DNA of 64,000 nucleotides from Hypanus sabinus (Eukaryota), in assembly GCF_030144855.1 (NCBI RefSeq), contig NC_082725.1, forward strand, positions 26,412,001-26,476,000, given 5' to 3'. Under the pieces are notes generated by a model that saw only the letters and a list, made by a program, of their open reading frames with translations, had not been told where the DNA came from and made no database searches. The position numbers and the translations under genes are program-made. Numbering within the stretch: position 1 is the stretch's first letter; every line of letters begins with the position of its first letter. Shown piece after piece: positions 1 through 11,610 of the stretch.

Positions 1-395
1 AGAAGAATGTGGGGAATCTCATTGAAACCTATTGAATATTGAAGGACCTCAACAGAGTTGATACGGAGAGAATGTTTTCTCTGGTGGAGAGCCTAAGACC
101 AGAGGACACAGCCTCAGAATAGAGGGGTGTCCATTTTGAACAGGGATGATGAGGAATTTCTTTAGCCAGAGAGTGGTGAATCTGCAGAATTTGTTGCCAA
201 GGGGGGCTGTGGAGACCAAGTCGTTAATTATATTTAAGGCAGAGATTGATACATTCTTGATTGCACAGGGCATGAAGGGATATGGGAAAAGGCAGCAAAT
301 TGAGTCTGAGAGGGAAATGGATCAGCCATGATGAAATGGCAGAGCAAACTTGATGGGCCAAATGGCCTAACTCTGCTCCTATATCTTATGGTCTT
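1..395 (+). mobile_element. CR1-type LINE, 3' end fragment
   Basis: ORF 146-331 (RNFFSQRVVNLQNLLP..AVE) resembles the CR1 ORF2 C-terminus and is followed by a typical 3' tail; similar copies at 7965-8552 and 22430-22895. Family assignment from recall. Confidence 0.8.
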
Positions 396-489
396 CTTGG
401 TTTATGTTTCTCAATATATTTGTTTAGCCAAAAGGTATTTTTGTAATTTTTTGCATTCCCCAGGAGTTATTTGGAAAATCATACATGTT

Positions 490-1207
490 TCGTCTCAACA
501 CCTCCCTCTGTAACTGGGTCTTGAACTTCGTGATGAAGAGACCATAGGCAGTCCAATATTGCAGCAACGTCATGCTGAGCACTGGCACTCCCAGGGTTAC
601 GTGCGCAGCCCACTGCTGTTCGCATGACTGTATTGTGAAGTCCAGTTCCAGCCACATCATTAAGTTTGCCGATGATACAACAATAGTTGGCCTCATCAGC
701 AACATCGATGAAACAGCATACAGGGAGGAGGTAGAGAAGTTTGTGGACTGGTGTAAACGCAACAAACTGTGTCTCAGCATGGGCAGGACTAAAGAGATAA
801 CTGTGGGCTTCAGGAGGGACCAGGCTGTCCACTCCCTACTGTACTTCAAACATTTTGCCACAAAGAGAGTCCGGAGCACCAAGTTTCTTAGCATACACAC
901 GAGTGACAATCTCACTTCTTTAGCCAAGAGAGCACAGCAGTACCTCCATTTCCTGTGGAGACTGAGGCAAGTGAGGCTCCCCCCTCCCAGCATTCTACTG
1001 GACCACCACTGAGAGTGCCCTGACTAGCTGCATCACTATCTGGTATGGGAATTGCAATGCATCAGATCACAAGACCCTGTAACGGATAGTGAGGTCTGCG
1101 GAAAACATCATCGGAGTCTCTCTCTGCACCCTATTTAGGACGTACATCAGAAGCACAGCATAACAAGTGGCTCCAGCACTGTCAAACACACTCCTCTCTC
1201 CTTCCCA
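490..1207 (+). mobile_element. Rex1/Babar-type LINE fragment, 5' part (interrupted by Gypsy)
   Basis: ORF 572-1012 has RT motif IIKFADDTTIVGLI and AQQYLHFLWRLR; the element resumes after the CCCA TSD at 5418. Confidence 0.8.
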
Positions 1208-1419
1208 TGTGGCGACCCATTTCCTGGCACATCCGAACCGGCTCACAATTAGATAGCCTACGGGGGTTTGCGAGCAGAGCTTTGGAGCCTCTGCGCCACA
1301 GGGGGCAGGTCGAGAGAGGCTTAGAAGTGAGGCTGAGGATTTCGAATAAAGTTTTTCCTTCGACTGCAGTTACCGACTCCGTGTCGTAATTTTAGGGCTG
1401 CGTGTAGCACACCGCTACA
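1208..1419 (+). repeat. 5' LTR of copy A (212 bp)
   Basis: TGTGGCG...GCTACA with AATAAA; differs from the 3' LTR by about 3 substitutions and 2 small indels (read by eye). Confidence 0.95.
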
Positions 1420-1421
1420 AT

Positions 1422-1435
1422 TGGTGACCCCGACG
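1422..1435 (+). promoter_or_regulatory. Primer-binding site complementary to tRNA-Trp 3' end
   Basis: TGGTGACCCCGACG, 2 nt after the LTR; complementary to the tRNA-Trp end ...CGTCGGGGTCACCA. Confidence 0.9.
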
Positions 1436-1459
1436 GTCCAAACGATTTTTGGACCAGAA

Positions 1460-2149
1460 ATGACCGACGCCACCTCTGTTCATGCGGTTTCGTTGAAACT
1501 GCCGGGTTTCTGGACACTGCGCCCAAACCTATGGTTCCAGCAAGCCGAAGCCCAATTCCACGTTCGCCGGATCACCTCAGAAGACACCCGCTACTACTAC
1601 GTGGTGAGCTCCCTCGACCAGGACACAGTGGCTCAGGTCGCGGAGTTCGTACAGTCGCCCCCGGCAGACGGCAAGTACACGGAATTCAAAGCCCTGCTCC
1701 TCAGGACTTTTGGACTCTCACGGCGCAAGCGGGCTGCCCGTTTACTGCACCTGGATGGCTTGGGCGACAGACCTCCATCGGCTTTAATGAATGAGATGTT
1801 GTCTCTCGCCGACGGACACACACCCTGCCTCATGTTTGAGCAGGCATTCCTGGAGCAGCTGCCCGAGGACATACGCCTGCTGCTGTCCGACGCGGATTTC
1901 AGTGACCCCCGGAAGGTGGCAGCCCGGGCGGACTTGCTGTGGAACGCCAAAAAGGTGAGTGGGGCGTCCATCGCACAGATCTCCCAGCCACGCTCCCGGC
2001 AGCAAACCAGTCCAAGCCCGGCCGCAGAGCCCGCCAACCTCCGGCCCAATGAACACTGGTGCTTCTACCACCAGCGGTGGGGCGCAGAAGCCCGCCGTTG
2101 TCGCCCGCCCTGCAAGTTCCCGGGAAACACCAGGGCCAGCTGCCGCTGA
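1460..2149 (+). CDS. gag: Gag-like protein (229 aa), DUF7041-type N-terminus and CHCC knuckle
   Basis: Open frame from ATG 1460; KLPGFW..WFQQAEAQF motif; C-terminal CFYHQRWGAEARRCRPPC. Confidence 0.9.
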   Translation: MTDATSVHAVSLKLPGFWTLRPNLWFQQAEAQFHVRRITSEDTRYYYVVSSLDQDTVAQVAEFVQSPPADGKYTEFKALLLRTFGLSRRKRAARLLHLDGLGDRPPSALMNEMLSLADGHTPCLMFEQAFLEQLPEDIRLLLSDADFSDPRKVAARADLLWNAKKVSGASIAQISQPRSRQQTSPSPAAEPANLRPNEHWCFYHQRWGAEARRCRPPCKFPGNTRASCR

Positions 2150-2167
2150 TGGCTACGGTGGCTGGCC
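2122..2167 (+). promoter_or_regulatory. Putative -1 ribosomal frameshift signal (G_GGA_AAC, 5-nt spacer, 12-bp stem-loop)
   Basis: Heptamer 2122-2128 is phased in the gag frame and pol is the -1 frame; stem 2134-2145/2156-2167; conserved in copy B. Confidence 0.8.
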
Positions 2168-5100
2168 ATCGGGATAGCCTCCTGTATGTGTGGGATAGAA
2201 GGTCGGGACGCCGGTTTTTGGTCGATACTGGGGCTGAGATCAGCGTTTTACCTCCAATGAGTTACGACACCCGCAGCAGGGCACTGGGTACCCCCCTGAG
2301 GGCCGTGAATGGCAGCACAGTAAGAACCTATGGCACCCGTCAGGTGCAGCTACAGTTCGGCTCCAGCCAGTTCACGTGGGACTTCACACTGGCCGCCGTA
2401 GCCCAACCGCTTCTGGGTGCGGATTTTTTGCGGGCTCACAGCCTACTGGTCGACCTGCCTAGGAAGAGACTGGTACACGCCGAGACCTTTCAGACGTTTT
2501 CTCTGGGTGCAGCCCAGTTGCCAGCCCCCCACCTCGACTCCATCACGCTGTCCGACAACGACTTCACCAGGGTCCTGGCGGATATCCCATCGGTTCTGGC
2601 ACCGCAGTTCACAGCGGCCATGCCCAGGCACGGCGTACAGCACCACATCCTGACCCAGGGACCACCCCTCCACGCTCGCGCTCGGCGGCTTCCCCCGGAC
2701 AAGCTCCGACTGGCGAAGGAGGAGTTCCAGAGGATGGAGGAATTGGGGATCATCCGGCGGTCTGACAGCCCATGGGCCTCCCCCCTGCACATGGTGCCCA
2801 AAGCGACGGGAGGCTGGAGACTGTGCGGCGACTACCGCAGGCTGAACGAGGCTACCACACCGGACCGCTACCCTGTGCCGCACATTCAGGACTTTGCAGC
2901 AAACCTGCACGGCGCACGGATCTTCTCCAAGGTAGACCTCGTCCGAGGGTATCATCAAATCCTGATGCATCCTGACGACGTCCCCAAAACGGCTCTCATC
3001 ACCCCGTTTGGCCTTTTCGAGTTCCTCCGCATGCCGTTCGGCCTGAAGAATGCTGCACAGACGTTCCAGCGCTTAATGGACGCGGTGGGACGGGACCTGG
3101 ACTTCGCGTTCATCTATTTGGATGACATCCTCATAGCCAGCAGCAGTCGTCAGGAGCATCTGTCCCACCTCCGTCAACTCTGTGCCCGACTGAGTGAGTA
3201 TGGTCTTACAATCAACCCTGCCAAATGCCAGTTCGGACTCGATACCATTGACTTCCTGGGCCACAGGATTACTAAAGATGGGGCAACCCCTCTGCCCGCT
3301 AAGGTAGATGCGGTCCGCCACTTTCCCCGACCCACCACGATCAAAGGCCTTCAGGAATTCGTAGGTATGGTCAATTTCTACCACCGCTTCCTCCCTTCAG
3401 CTGCCCGGATCATGTGCCCCCTGTTCGCCCTGATGTCGGGTCCGAGCAAGGACATTACCTGGGACGAGGAGTCCGCCGCCTCTTTCATTCAAACGAAGGA
3501 AGCTTTGGCGAATGCCGCGATGCTAGTACATCCCAGAATGGACGCCCCTACCGCCCTCACAGTGGACGCATCTAACACGGCAGTCAGTGGGGTGCTGGAG
3601 CAACTCATCGCAGGTCGCTGACAACCCCTGGCGTTCTTCAGCAAACACCTGCGGCCACCCGAGCTCAAGTACAGTGCTTTCGACTGGGAACTGTTGGCGC
3701 TCTACCTGGCAATCCGTCATTTCAGGTACTTCCTAGAAGGTCGGCCCTTCACCGCGGTCACGGACCACAAACCGCTTACCTTTGCGTTTACGAAAGCGTC
3801 CGACCCCTGGTCGTCCCGCCTGCAATGCCACCTGTCCTACATCTCTGAGTACACGACGGATGTCCGGCACGTCTCGGGTAAGGACAATGTCGTGGCGGAT
3901 GCGCTCTCTCGCCCTACCATTCATGCCCTTTCCCAAGGGGTAGACTTTGAGGCACTGGCAGAGGCGCAGCAGGCGGATGAGGAGATTCCGAGTTACAGAA
4001 CCGCAGTCTCCGGTTTGCAGCTCCAGGACTTCCCCGTGGGCCCGGGTGAGAGGACCCTACTCTGTGACGTCGCCACCGGCCAACCCCGTCCCGTCGTCCC
4101 GACAGCCTGGCGGCGCCGCGTTTTCGACTTTATTCATAACTTGGCGCATCCCTCCAAGTTGTCCGGATGGTTTCCAGCAGGTTCGTTTGGCACGGACTCC
4201 GCAAACAGGTCAGTGAATGGGCCAAAACGTGCATGCACTGCCAGACGGCCAAGGTGCAGCGGCACACCAAAGCCCCACCGCAGCAGTTCCATCCCGCCCA
4301 CCGGCGTTTCGACCACATTCATGTGGATATCGTGGGCCCCCTGCCAGTGTCACGCGGAGCGCGGCACCTCCTGACTATTGTGAACAGGTTCATGAGATGG
4401 CCAGAGGCGGTCCCGCTCACCGACACCACCTCCGAATCTTGCGCCCGAGCCCTGATCGCCACCTGGATATCTCGCTTTGGTGTACCGCCCCACATTACCT
4501 CCGACAGAGGCGCCCAGTTCATCTCCAGCCTGTGGTCAGCTATGGCCAGCCTTTTGGGGACTCAGCTGCACCACACAACTGCCTACCACCCACAGTCGAA
4601 CGGGCTAGTGGAGCGTTTCCACCGTCACCTGAAGTCGGCCCTCATGGCCCGCCTGCGAGGAGCCAACTGGGCGGACGAGCTTCCCTGGGTCCTACTCGGC
4701 ATCCGCACAGCGCCCAAGGACGACCTGCACGCCTCGTCGGCTGAGTTGGTATACGGCGCGCCCCTGGTCGTCCCCGGGGAGTTCCTACCAGCCCCACGGG
4801 GGCAAGAGGAAGATCCCACAGCAGTCCTGGGCAGACTACGCGAGAAGCTCGGTAACCTGGCCCCCATACCCACTTCACAGCACGGGCGGCACCCGTCCTG
4901 CGTACCCAAAGACCTACAGAACTGTAAGTTTGTGTTTGTACGAAGGGGCGGGCATCAGCCACCACTGCAGCGGCCATACGAGGGGCCGTTTATGGTGCTC
5001 CGGAACAACGGGTCCACATTCGTGCTGGACGTTGGGGGGAAAGAGGAGGTTTTCACGGTGGACCGCCTCAAACCGGCCCATGTGGACCTGGCGCAACCGG

Positions 5101-5189
5101 CCGAGTTTCCGGCACCTCAGCGCAGAGGCCGACCTCCCAAGCAGGTTCTGGCCCAGACTGTGGACATTGGGGGGTGTATCGCCGGTTCT

Positions 5190-5200
5190 GGGGTGGGGGT
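5190..5200 (+). promoter_or_regulatory. Polypurine tract
   Basis: GGGGTGGGGGT just upstream of the 3' LTR. Confidence 0.75.
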
Positions 5201-5202
5201 TA

Positions 5203-5417
5203 TGTGGCGACCCATTTCCTGGCACATCCGAACCGGCTCACAATTAGATAGCCTACGGGGGTTTGCGAGCACAGAGCTTTGGAGCCTCTGCGCCACGGGG
5301 GGGCAGGTCGAGAGAGGCTTAAAAGTGAGGCTGAGGATTTCGAATAAAGTTTTTCCTTCGACTGCAGTTACCGACTCCGTGTCGTAATTTTAGCGCTGCG
5401 TGTAGCACACCGCTACA
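5203..5417 (+). repeat. 3' LTR of copy A (215 bp)
   Basis: Direct repeat of 1208-1419, followed by TSD CCCA. Confidence 0.95.
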
Positions 5418-6024
5418 CCCACACTCCCCTTGATCTCCTGCCGTCTGGCAGAAGGTACCACAGCATAGGAACCAGGACTGTTAAATTAGGTAACAGTTTC
5501 TTCCCTCAGGTTGTTAGACTTCTTAACACCCTGCTGCTACCCAGCACACATGTACACACAGTCTGAATAGCCTAGGGCCACTCACAGCACTCCCACACTC
5601 CCCAACACACAGACACACTCTGATCCTGCAATGGACATTCTTCATCTTTTATCATCTTTTATGCTGCTGTTCACACATATTATTATAATAGTATAATATT
5701 ATTAATATATTATAATATAATATAATAATAGTACCAGTATAATATTATAATAGTACCAGTAACATTATAATGTCTTACATAAACATGCACTTTATAATGT
5801 CTTACATAAACATGCACTTTATAACACTTTATATCAACCTGTTAATCTTCAAGCTGTGCCACTCTTGTGCAAATGGTATTTTGTGATGTTATGTAATGGA
5901 TCATAACTGTATGTGCTATGTGTGACTATGTGTACTGTACTTTGCACCTTGGCCCCAGAAGAACAATGTTTCATTTAGCTGTATACATGTGGAATAGTTG
6001 AATGACAATAAACTTGAACTTGAA
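5418..6024 (+). mobile_element. Rex1/Babar-type LINE, 3' part
   Basis: CTCCTGCCGTCTGGCAGAAGGTAC (LLPSGRRY) and AACAGTTTCTTCCCTCAGG (NSFFPQ); ends AATAAACTTGAACTTGAA like other copies in the window. Confidence 0.75.
5765..5824. repeat. 27-bp tandem duplication in AT-rich tract
   Basis: TTATAATGTCTTACATAAACATGCACT twice plus a partial unit. Confidence 0.9.
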
Positions 6025-7964
6025 AATTGTTGATGCACTACCAAGCAGCACACATGAATTTAATAATTAGAGTAATGACAATTAAATATTCAAATAAAGC
6101 ACTGGGATACAGATGAATAAAATGAAAATGTTTTGCGGTTAGGATAAAATTGTATATAAATTTGATTAAACAGCATTTGGATGTACAAAGTGCCAGTTTC
6201 CATATTGCAAAATGATGTAGAGTCACTGGATAGTGAGAATTGCTGAAATTATGCCAAGAATGAGGGGTTCTGCTTATCACAAATGGAACAAGTTGTGGCT
6301 CATTTCTCTGGAAACGAGAAATCAAACTCGTGATCTGAAAGAGGCTTTATGAAATTGTGAACAGATTTGCAATGAATTTCCCTTGTTGTGAGTTAGGGTA
6401 TGGGCAGCAGAGATTGGACGAGCTGCTTTATGAAGCGTGGAAGGTGTGAGGACGGCAATAGAATAGTCAAGCCTGCAGGCAATAAAGAAAGAAAATATGT
6501 CATAGAAATGAGAGAAGTGTGTCCGAACAATGTATTTCCTATCACTTGTGCTTCAATAATATTCTATATCCATGGCATTAAGGTTAGGGGTGGGGAAAGG
6601 GCTTGTGAAGACCTCCGGGGGAAGAAGTTTTGATATAAGGCCTTGTTGTGATCAAGCAGCAGAGAAACCAGCTTTTTTTAACAATGGAGCACTTTAATAT
6701 GTTTTTTTTTAATATATAAAGTGAAATAGCCAATCTTTGTCTGAAATGAACATCTCCCAAATGTACAGGCATCTGCTTGAAATAACTCTGAAACCATACA
6801 GTCAGTCAAGATCAGAGGTGTAGCTACTATGTTGTTAGATGTCCGCACATAGAAGAGTGTAAGTAGATGGAATCGGAATGTAGCTTGTTTCCGCACCACC
6901 CGACCCCCAAAGACAGGTACACATGATAAGGATCAAGCTCATCTTATCACCAATATGAGACCTGTGTTTGCGAAAACTATTGTTTGGAATTACTACTTGA
7001 CTGTTATATGTTCTCCTACTTAAATATCTATTCATCAAATCAAATTTCAAATATATTACCTCAGATTTCTTGTACTAATTGGTCAGATTAACTGAAGGCA
7101 TTAGATAATCTGGATTCTCCAGACTCTCTGTGAAAGCACCAGCAATAAAAAAAACAACTAATGATGCAGTGAGTTTGTGTGCTTAATGTGGTTGACTTCA
7201 GGGTTCATTACAGAAATAAGCATGCATATCACTTGTTCTGCCTTCCAAGGAGAGATAATTATATCTGTAGCTACTACAAATAAACTGTTCATCATTGTAA
7301 TTTTTGACCTGACTGGGTATTTTTGGTAGATTACAGGCTAAGTTATCCTTTGAGAAAGAATGTTAATTTTTTAGTGAAATTCAAAGTAAAACTCTTTCAG
7401 AATACAATCAAAATTAGGGAAAAAACATATACTGGAAGAAATGTGATGTATGGAGAAGGAAGGAAGCTTTTCTGATGTGCAAGTTAGCAAATCAAAATAG
7501 AAAACATCTCTGTTTATCTTTTTTTCCTAGTATTTTAACATCTCATTGGTTCCTTATATTATCCAGCATGATTGTGTGCTGAATGAAAAGTGACTCATCT
7601 TCGCTCTGAAAGTACAAAGAATACAATGGCCTGATTTGTTGCCAAACTACTGGAAGTTCCATAACAGCTGATAATTAGCCCTGGCATTCTTAGGATTCCC
7701 GAACAAGTATGAAAGGCCTTAATTTCTAAACAGGCCGTTGCCAAACTCATTTCCCTGTTGTGCTCCAAAGTTGAATTCCAGATTGAGTTTAGAGACACAG
7801 TATGAACTTCGACAGATTTCCTAGCCATTATTGCCAAGGTAATTTGGTTGCTGAAACTAATCTGGATTTGACCATCCAGTTTATCAGTTAGGATAAAAAA
7901 AAGATAGCAAGGAAAAAAAGGTAAATCTGACATAATTTGCATCATTTTAATGTAATTCGATTAA

Positions 7965-8552
7965 TTAATAAGGATGCAATTCTGAGGCTTTATTAGACAA
8001 TCATCAGACTCCACTTGGAGTATTGTCAGCAGTTTTGGGCTCCTTATCTGAGAAAAGATGTGCTGGCAATGATGAAGGTCCAAAGGAAGTTTACAAGAAT
8101 GAAACAGGTTTAACATACGAGGAGCATTCAATAACTCTGGGCCTGTGCTCACTGGAGTGTAGAAGACTGGGGGGTGGGGAGGGGTGTATTTCATTGAAAC
8201 CCATCAAATATTGAAAGGCCTACATAGAGTGGATATGAAGAGGATGTTTCCAATAGCAGGAGAGTCTAGGAATAGAGGGCACAGCCTCAGAATAGAGGGA
8301 CATCCATTTAGAACAGAGATGAGGAGGAATTTAGTTAGATGTTTGTGGAATTCAATGTAATAGACGGCTGTGGAGGCTAAATCATTAGGAATATTTGAAG
8401 TGGAGGTTGGTAGGTTCCTGATTAGTTAGGGTGTCAAAGATTATGGGGAGAAGGCAAACAAATAGGTTTGAGAAAGATAATAAATCAGCTATGATGGAAT
8501 GGCGGAGCAGACTTGATATGCCAAATTGCCTAATTCTGCTCCTATGGTCTAA
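7965..8552 (+). mobile_element. CR1-type LINE 3' fragment
   Basis: HLEYC.QFW.PYLRKD-like coding remnant and the same 3' tail as 1-395. Confidence 0.8.
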
Positions 8553-9029
8553 TTAATATAAATTATTTTCCAAATATTTTTTAGTATTTTGTATTGAATT
8601 AAATGGAAATCTTTCAGTTTGTAAAATACATTTAATGTCTATATATGAGGCATTCAATCCCTTATGGATTTAACAGTCAATCAGACTGGAGTTTGTGGTG
8701 AAGAGGAGGCACAAGAGACAGCAGATACTAGAATCTGGAGCAAAAGTGGCCGTTGCCGTTTTTCTGGGAAGGAGATTGCTACTTACAATTGGAAGGTCAC
8801 TTCCTGTACTGGCTCTCACTAATCAGGTGACACCTGGTTTCCTGAAGCGGGTGTTCAAAGCAGGATCAGCTAAATGTAAAAAGAGGTTTTAGCAAAACCA
8901 GCATGTGTTTGGGTTAGGGTTAGCAAGCTGAGGTTAGTTCAAGCTCATTGGATCAAACTATGTGCTCGGTTTAGACATGCAGTCAGAGTTCATTATTTCC
9001 TTTAAATCCTTCTTACTGCTTACCTATCC

Positions 9030-9700
9030 TTGGAATTCAAAATGACTTGGTTGAACTTCCTTTCTGTTGGTTCTAAAGTTGTTGGTGACAAAACAGACTG
9101 TAGCAATCTCAGACTTGTCTAAAGATTGTGAAGACTGCAGACTTTTTCCACAGAGGGTTAACAGGACATGTGGGTAAATCCATGTGAACACTCCTGTCAC
9201 ACAATCCAAGCTTCTGCATTCTCCACTAAGGGTAGTCATGGGCCAAAAGTTCCCATTAATCAGAGGACATGTTGTACTTGTTCCAGGAAGCTTTGATCAC
9301 CTCTTCAGATTTTCTTCTAGTGCCGGGTGATTTCCTCCCAGGCGAGACATCAGAATACAGCATCTGTCTGGTGCTGAGCATGAAAATGAGATGACCATCC
9401 CAATGATGACAACTAAGGTTAATTTGGCTTCAATACTGAGGATATTTGTCTTGGAAATAACGTTAACACTGTTTTCTGTATCGTACCAGTGGTTCGGAGG
9501 GACTTTACAGAGATAATGTTGGTGGTATTTATCCAATGTCTTAACATGCCTGCCGTTGGTACACTAGGTAAGTAGTTACTGTTTGCTCACCTGTACCGTA
9601 AAGATGTGAGTTCCTACGTTGCTGACAACTTCCACTGACTGATTCACTCAAAAAAATGCAATCACCTGGGAGATGGAACAAATGGACCACTACTTCTGCC
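9030..9700 (-). mobile_element. Degraded RTE-type LINE fragment
   Basis: Minus-strand HVKTLDKYHQHYLCKV..NHW....NVISKTNILSIEA resembles the RTE post-RT region (recalled pattern HQRCLRKIL.IHW..ANIPSIEA). Confidence 0.55.
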
Positions 9701-11069
9701 CATCTATTTTATTTATTAAAATGCAGTGTTTTAGTCACAGCAGACAGAAATGGTGGAAGTCCTAGAGAATAAAAAATTACTCTCTTCAGAGATCTTGTAG
9801 GTTAAGTGTCAATTATTTAACAACAATATTGCAAACATTCTCCTTTCCTCAACAGTGGAGACGTAAAGACTGTCATGTCAGCTCATGTGTTGCAGCTTGC
9901 TATATAGTCCTTCAGATGTATGAATGTACTTTTCCCAGGTGCCATAGTTTTGTAAATGTTACCCATGGAATTATTCAATCAAGGATGTGCATAGACCCAT
10001 ATTTGTGTCCCGAAATATAAATGGCATTAAATTGGCAGATGGTACACTTAATGGCAGCTAATAATTTCACATACTTTGCATTTTCCACAGACAACCAAGG
10101 ATAATTTTCTTCCCCATTTCCCACCCCCACCCAATTTTGCTCAACTCAAAATACATCAAATAAATATTACATAGAACAAGTGTTTTTTTTTAACTTTTAA
10201 TTATAGAATTAAAATACAAAAGATGTGTTTGCTGATATATAAATAAGTTGGCAAAAGAATCAGAGGAAATCACTTTGCAAAATAAATGAAATGTTGGGCA
10301 CAGTCAATGACATGGACAAGGAGGAAACTTCACGTTCATCTATCACTACATACTTAAGATTCTGTCTGTTCCTGGAGGTACAAAGGCCAGTCAGGCCATG
10401 TTATGATAAATCTTAAAGCAAGTTTCAGAGTGAGATATTTCCAAATTTGATTCATGCGGACATTGATCTCCAGTTAAATTCAAGAACTTGTAGTTTGGAG
10501 AATTTTAAGGTTCCCAGGACAGATTATTAAAATCGTTTGATAAGTTGACACTAGCCATGAAATTTCTAGTCTTTGCCAGAGAGGTTGCTAGGTTACTGAG
10601 AGATGTTCCCATCAGATTGCTTATTGATATTCCAAGGCCTAGTGCTATGCTTGACTTGCCCTCAGGGTATCTGTCATGGGAGTTCTTTACTTCTTTCTAT
10701 ATTGTGCACCTACAAAGAAGGACTAGTATAGTAGGAGGAGCTGCAGTCCCTTATTGTCCAAGTTTGTCCCAAACTGCTCCATGAGACTGGAGGGTACATG
10801 TTGCCATAAACATTGCCGTTTGTTGAAAGACATCCATCTGAAAGAGAGCTATCCAATGGTGTTGTGAGAATTACATTAAAAAAGTACTTTGGAAGAATTG
10901 CATTAAGTTCAAACGGGAGCAATAATCCATTAGAGATTTCCTGCTACTTTAAACAGATTTTGATCTGATGTAAAATTCCCTGAGCTGAATGGTTGCAAGT
11001 TGGTCTGTGAACTGAGTGAAAAGGCATCTCTGGAAAGAAGTTATTTATTTTTTTTAATGATGGAACAAA

Positions 11070-11165
11070 GATGATTGATGAGGCTAGGACAGTGGATTTT
11101 GCCTACATGGACTTCTGTAAAGCATTCAGCAAGGTCCTCATGGTAGGCTAGTCAAGAAAATTCTG
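11070..11165 (+). mobile_element. CR1 RT fragment
   Basis: Translates IDEARTVDFAYMDFCKAFSKV, an RT domain motif. Confidence 0.7.
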
Positions 11166-11177
11166 GCACGTGACTTG

Positions 11178-11610
11178 TTCAAGCTTCAACCTTCAAAGTA
11201 AATTTATTATCAAAGTATATCTATATGTCACCATACACAACCATGAGAGTAATTTTTTGTGGGCATACTCAATAAATTCATAATAGAATAATAATCGTAA
11301 TAGAATCAATGAAAGACTGCACCAATTTGGGCGTTCAGCTAATGTGCAAAAGACAACAAACAGTGCAAATACAAATAATAATAAGTAATCAATAAATATT
11401 GAGATGAAGAGTCCCCAAAAATGAGTCCATAGGCTGCAGGAACATGTCAAGGCTGGAGCAGGAAAAGATGAGTGGTTAACCACTTCTGCTTAAGAGCCTG
11501 ATGGTTGAGGGTTAATAACTATTCCTGAACCTAGTGGTATGAGTTCTGAGGCTCCTGTACCTTCTTCCAGATGGCAACTGCAAGAGGAGAAGATGGCCTG
11601 AATATGAAGG
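11178..11610 (-). mobile_element. Rex1/Babar-type LINE 3' end
   Basis: Reverse-complement PSGRRYRS-like segment and an AATAAATTTACTTTGAA tail. Confidence 0.7.

Larger units (their letters stand above)
2122..5387 (+). pseudogene. pol: Pol polyprotein (PR-RT-RNaseH-IN) with one nonsense codon and one frameshift
   Basis: PR LVDTGA; RT YLDD; RNaseH TVDAS/TDHKPL/DALSR; IN HHCC, HVDIVGP, SDRG, VERFH and GPF. TGA at 3619-3621 where copy B has Trp; about 7-bp net deletion near 4157. Confidence 0.9.
1208..5417 (+). mobile_element. Full-length Ty3/Gypsy LTR retrotransposon, CsRn1-like clade (copy A)
   Basis: Paired TG..CA LTRs; 4-bp TSD CCCA at 1204-1207 and 5418-5421; PBS; PPT; gag then PR-RT-RNaseH-IN order; Gag Cx2Hx9Cx3C motif. 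Confidence 0.95.

Noticed and set aside
1531-5247. Many overlapping alternative-frame and antisense ORFs inside Gypsy copy A (likewise 12093-15330 in copy B)
   Set aside because: Shadow ORFs expected in GC-rich coding DNA; no recognisable motifs.
8911-8923. GGGTTAGGGTTAG telomere-like motif
   Set aside because: Only about two units; expected by chance.
9297-9575. Possible host exon (hydrophobic ORF, nearby AGGTAAG donor-like site)
   Set aside because: Better explained as a frameshifted RTE LINE remnant on the minus strand.
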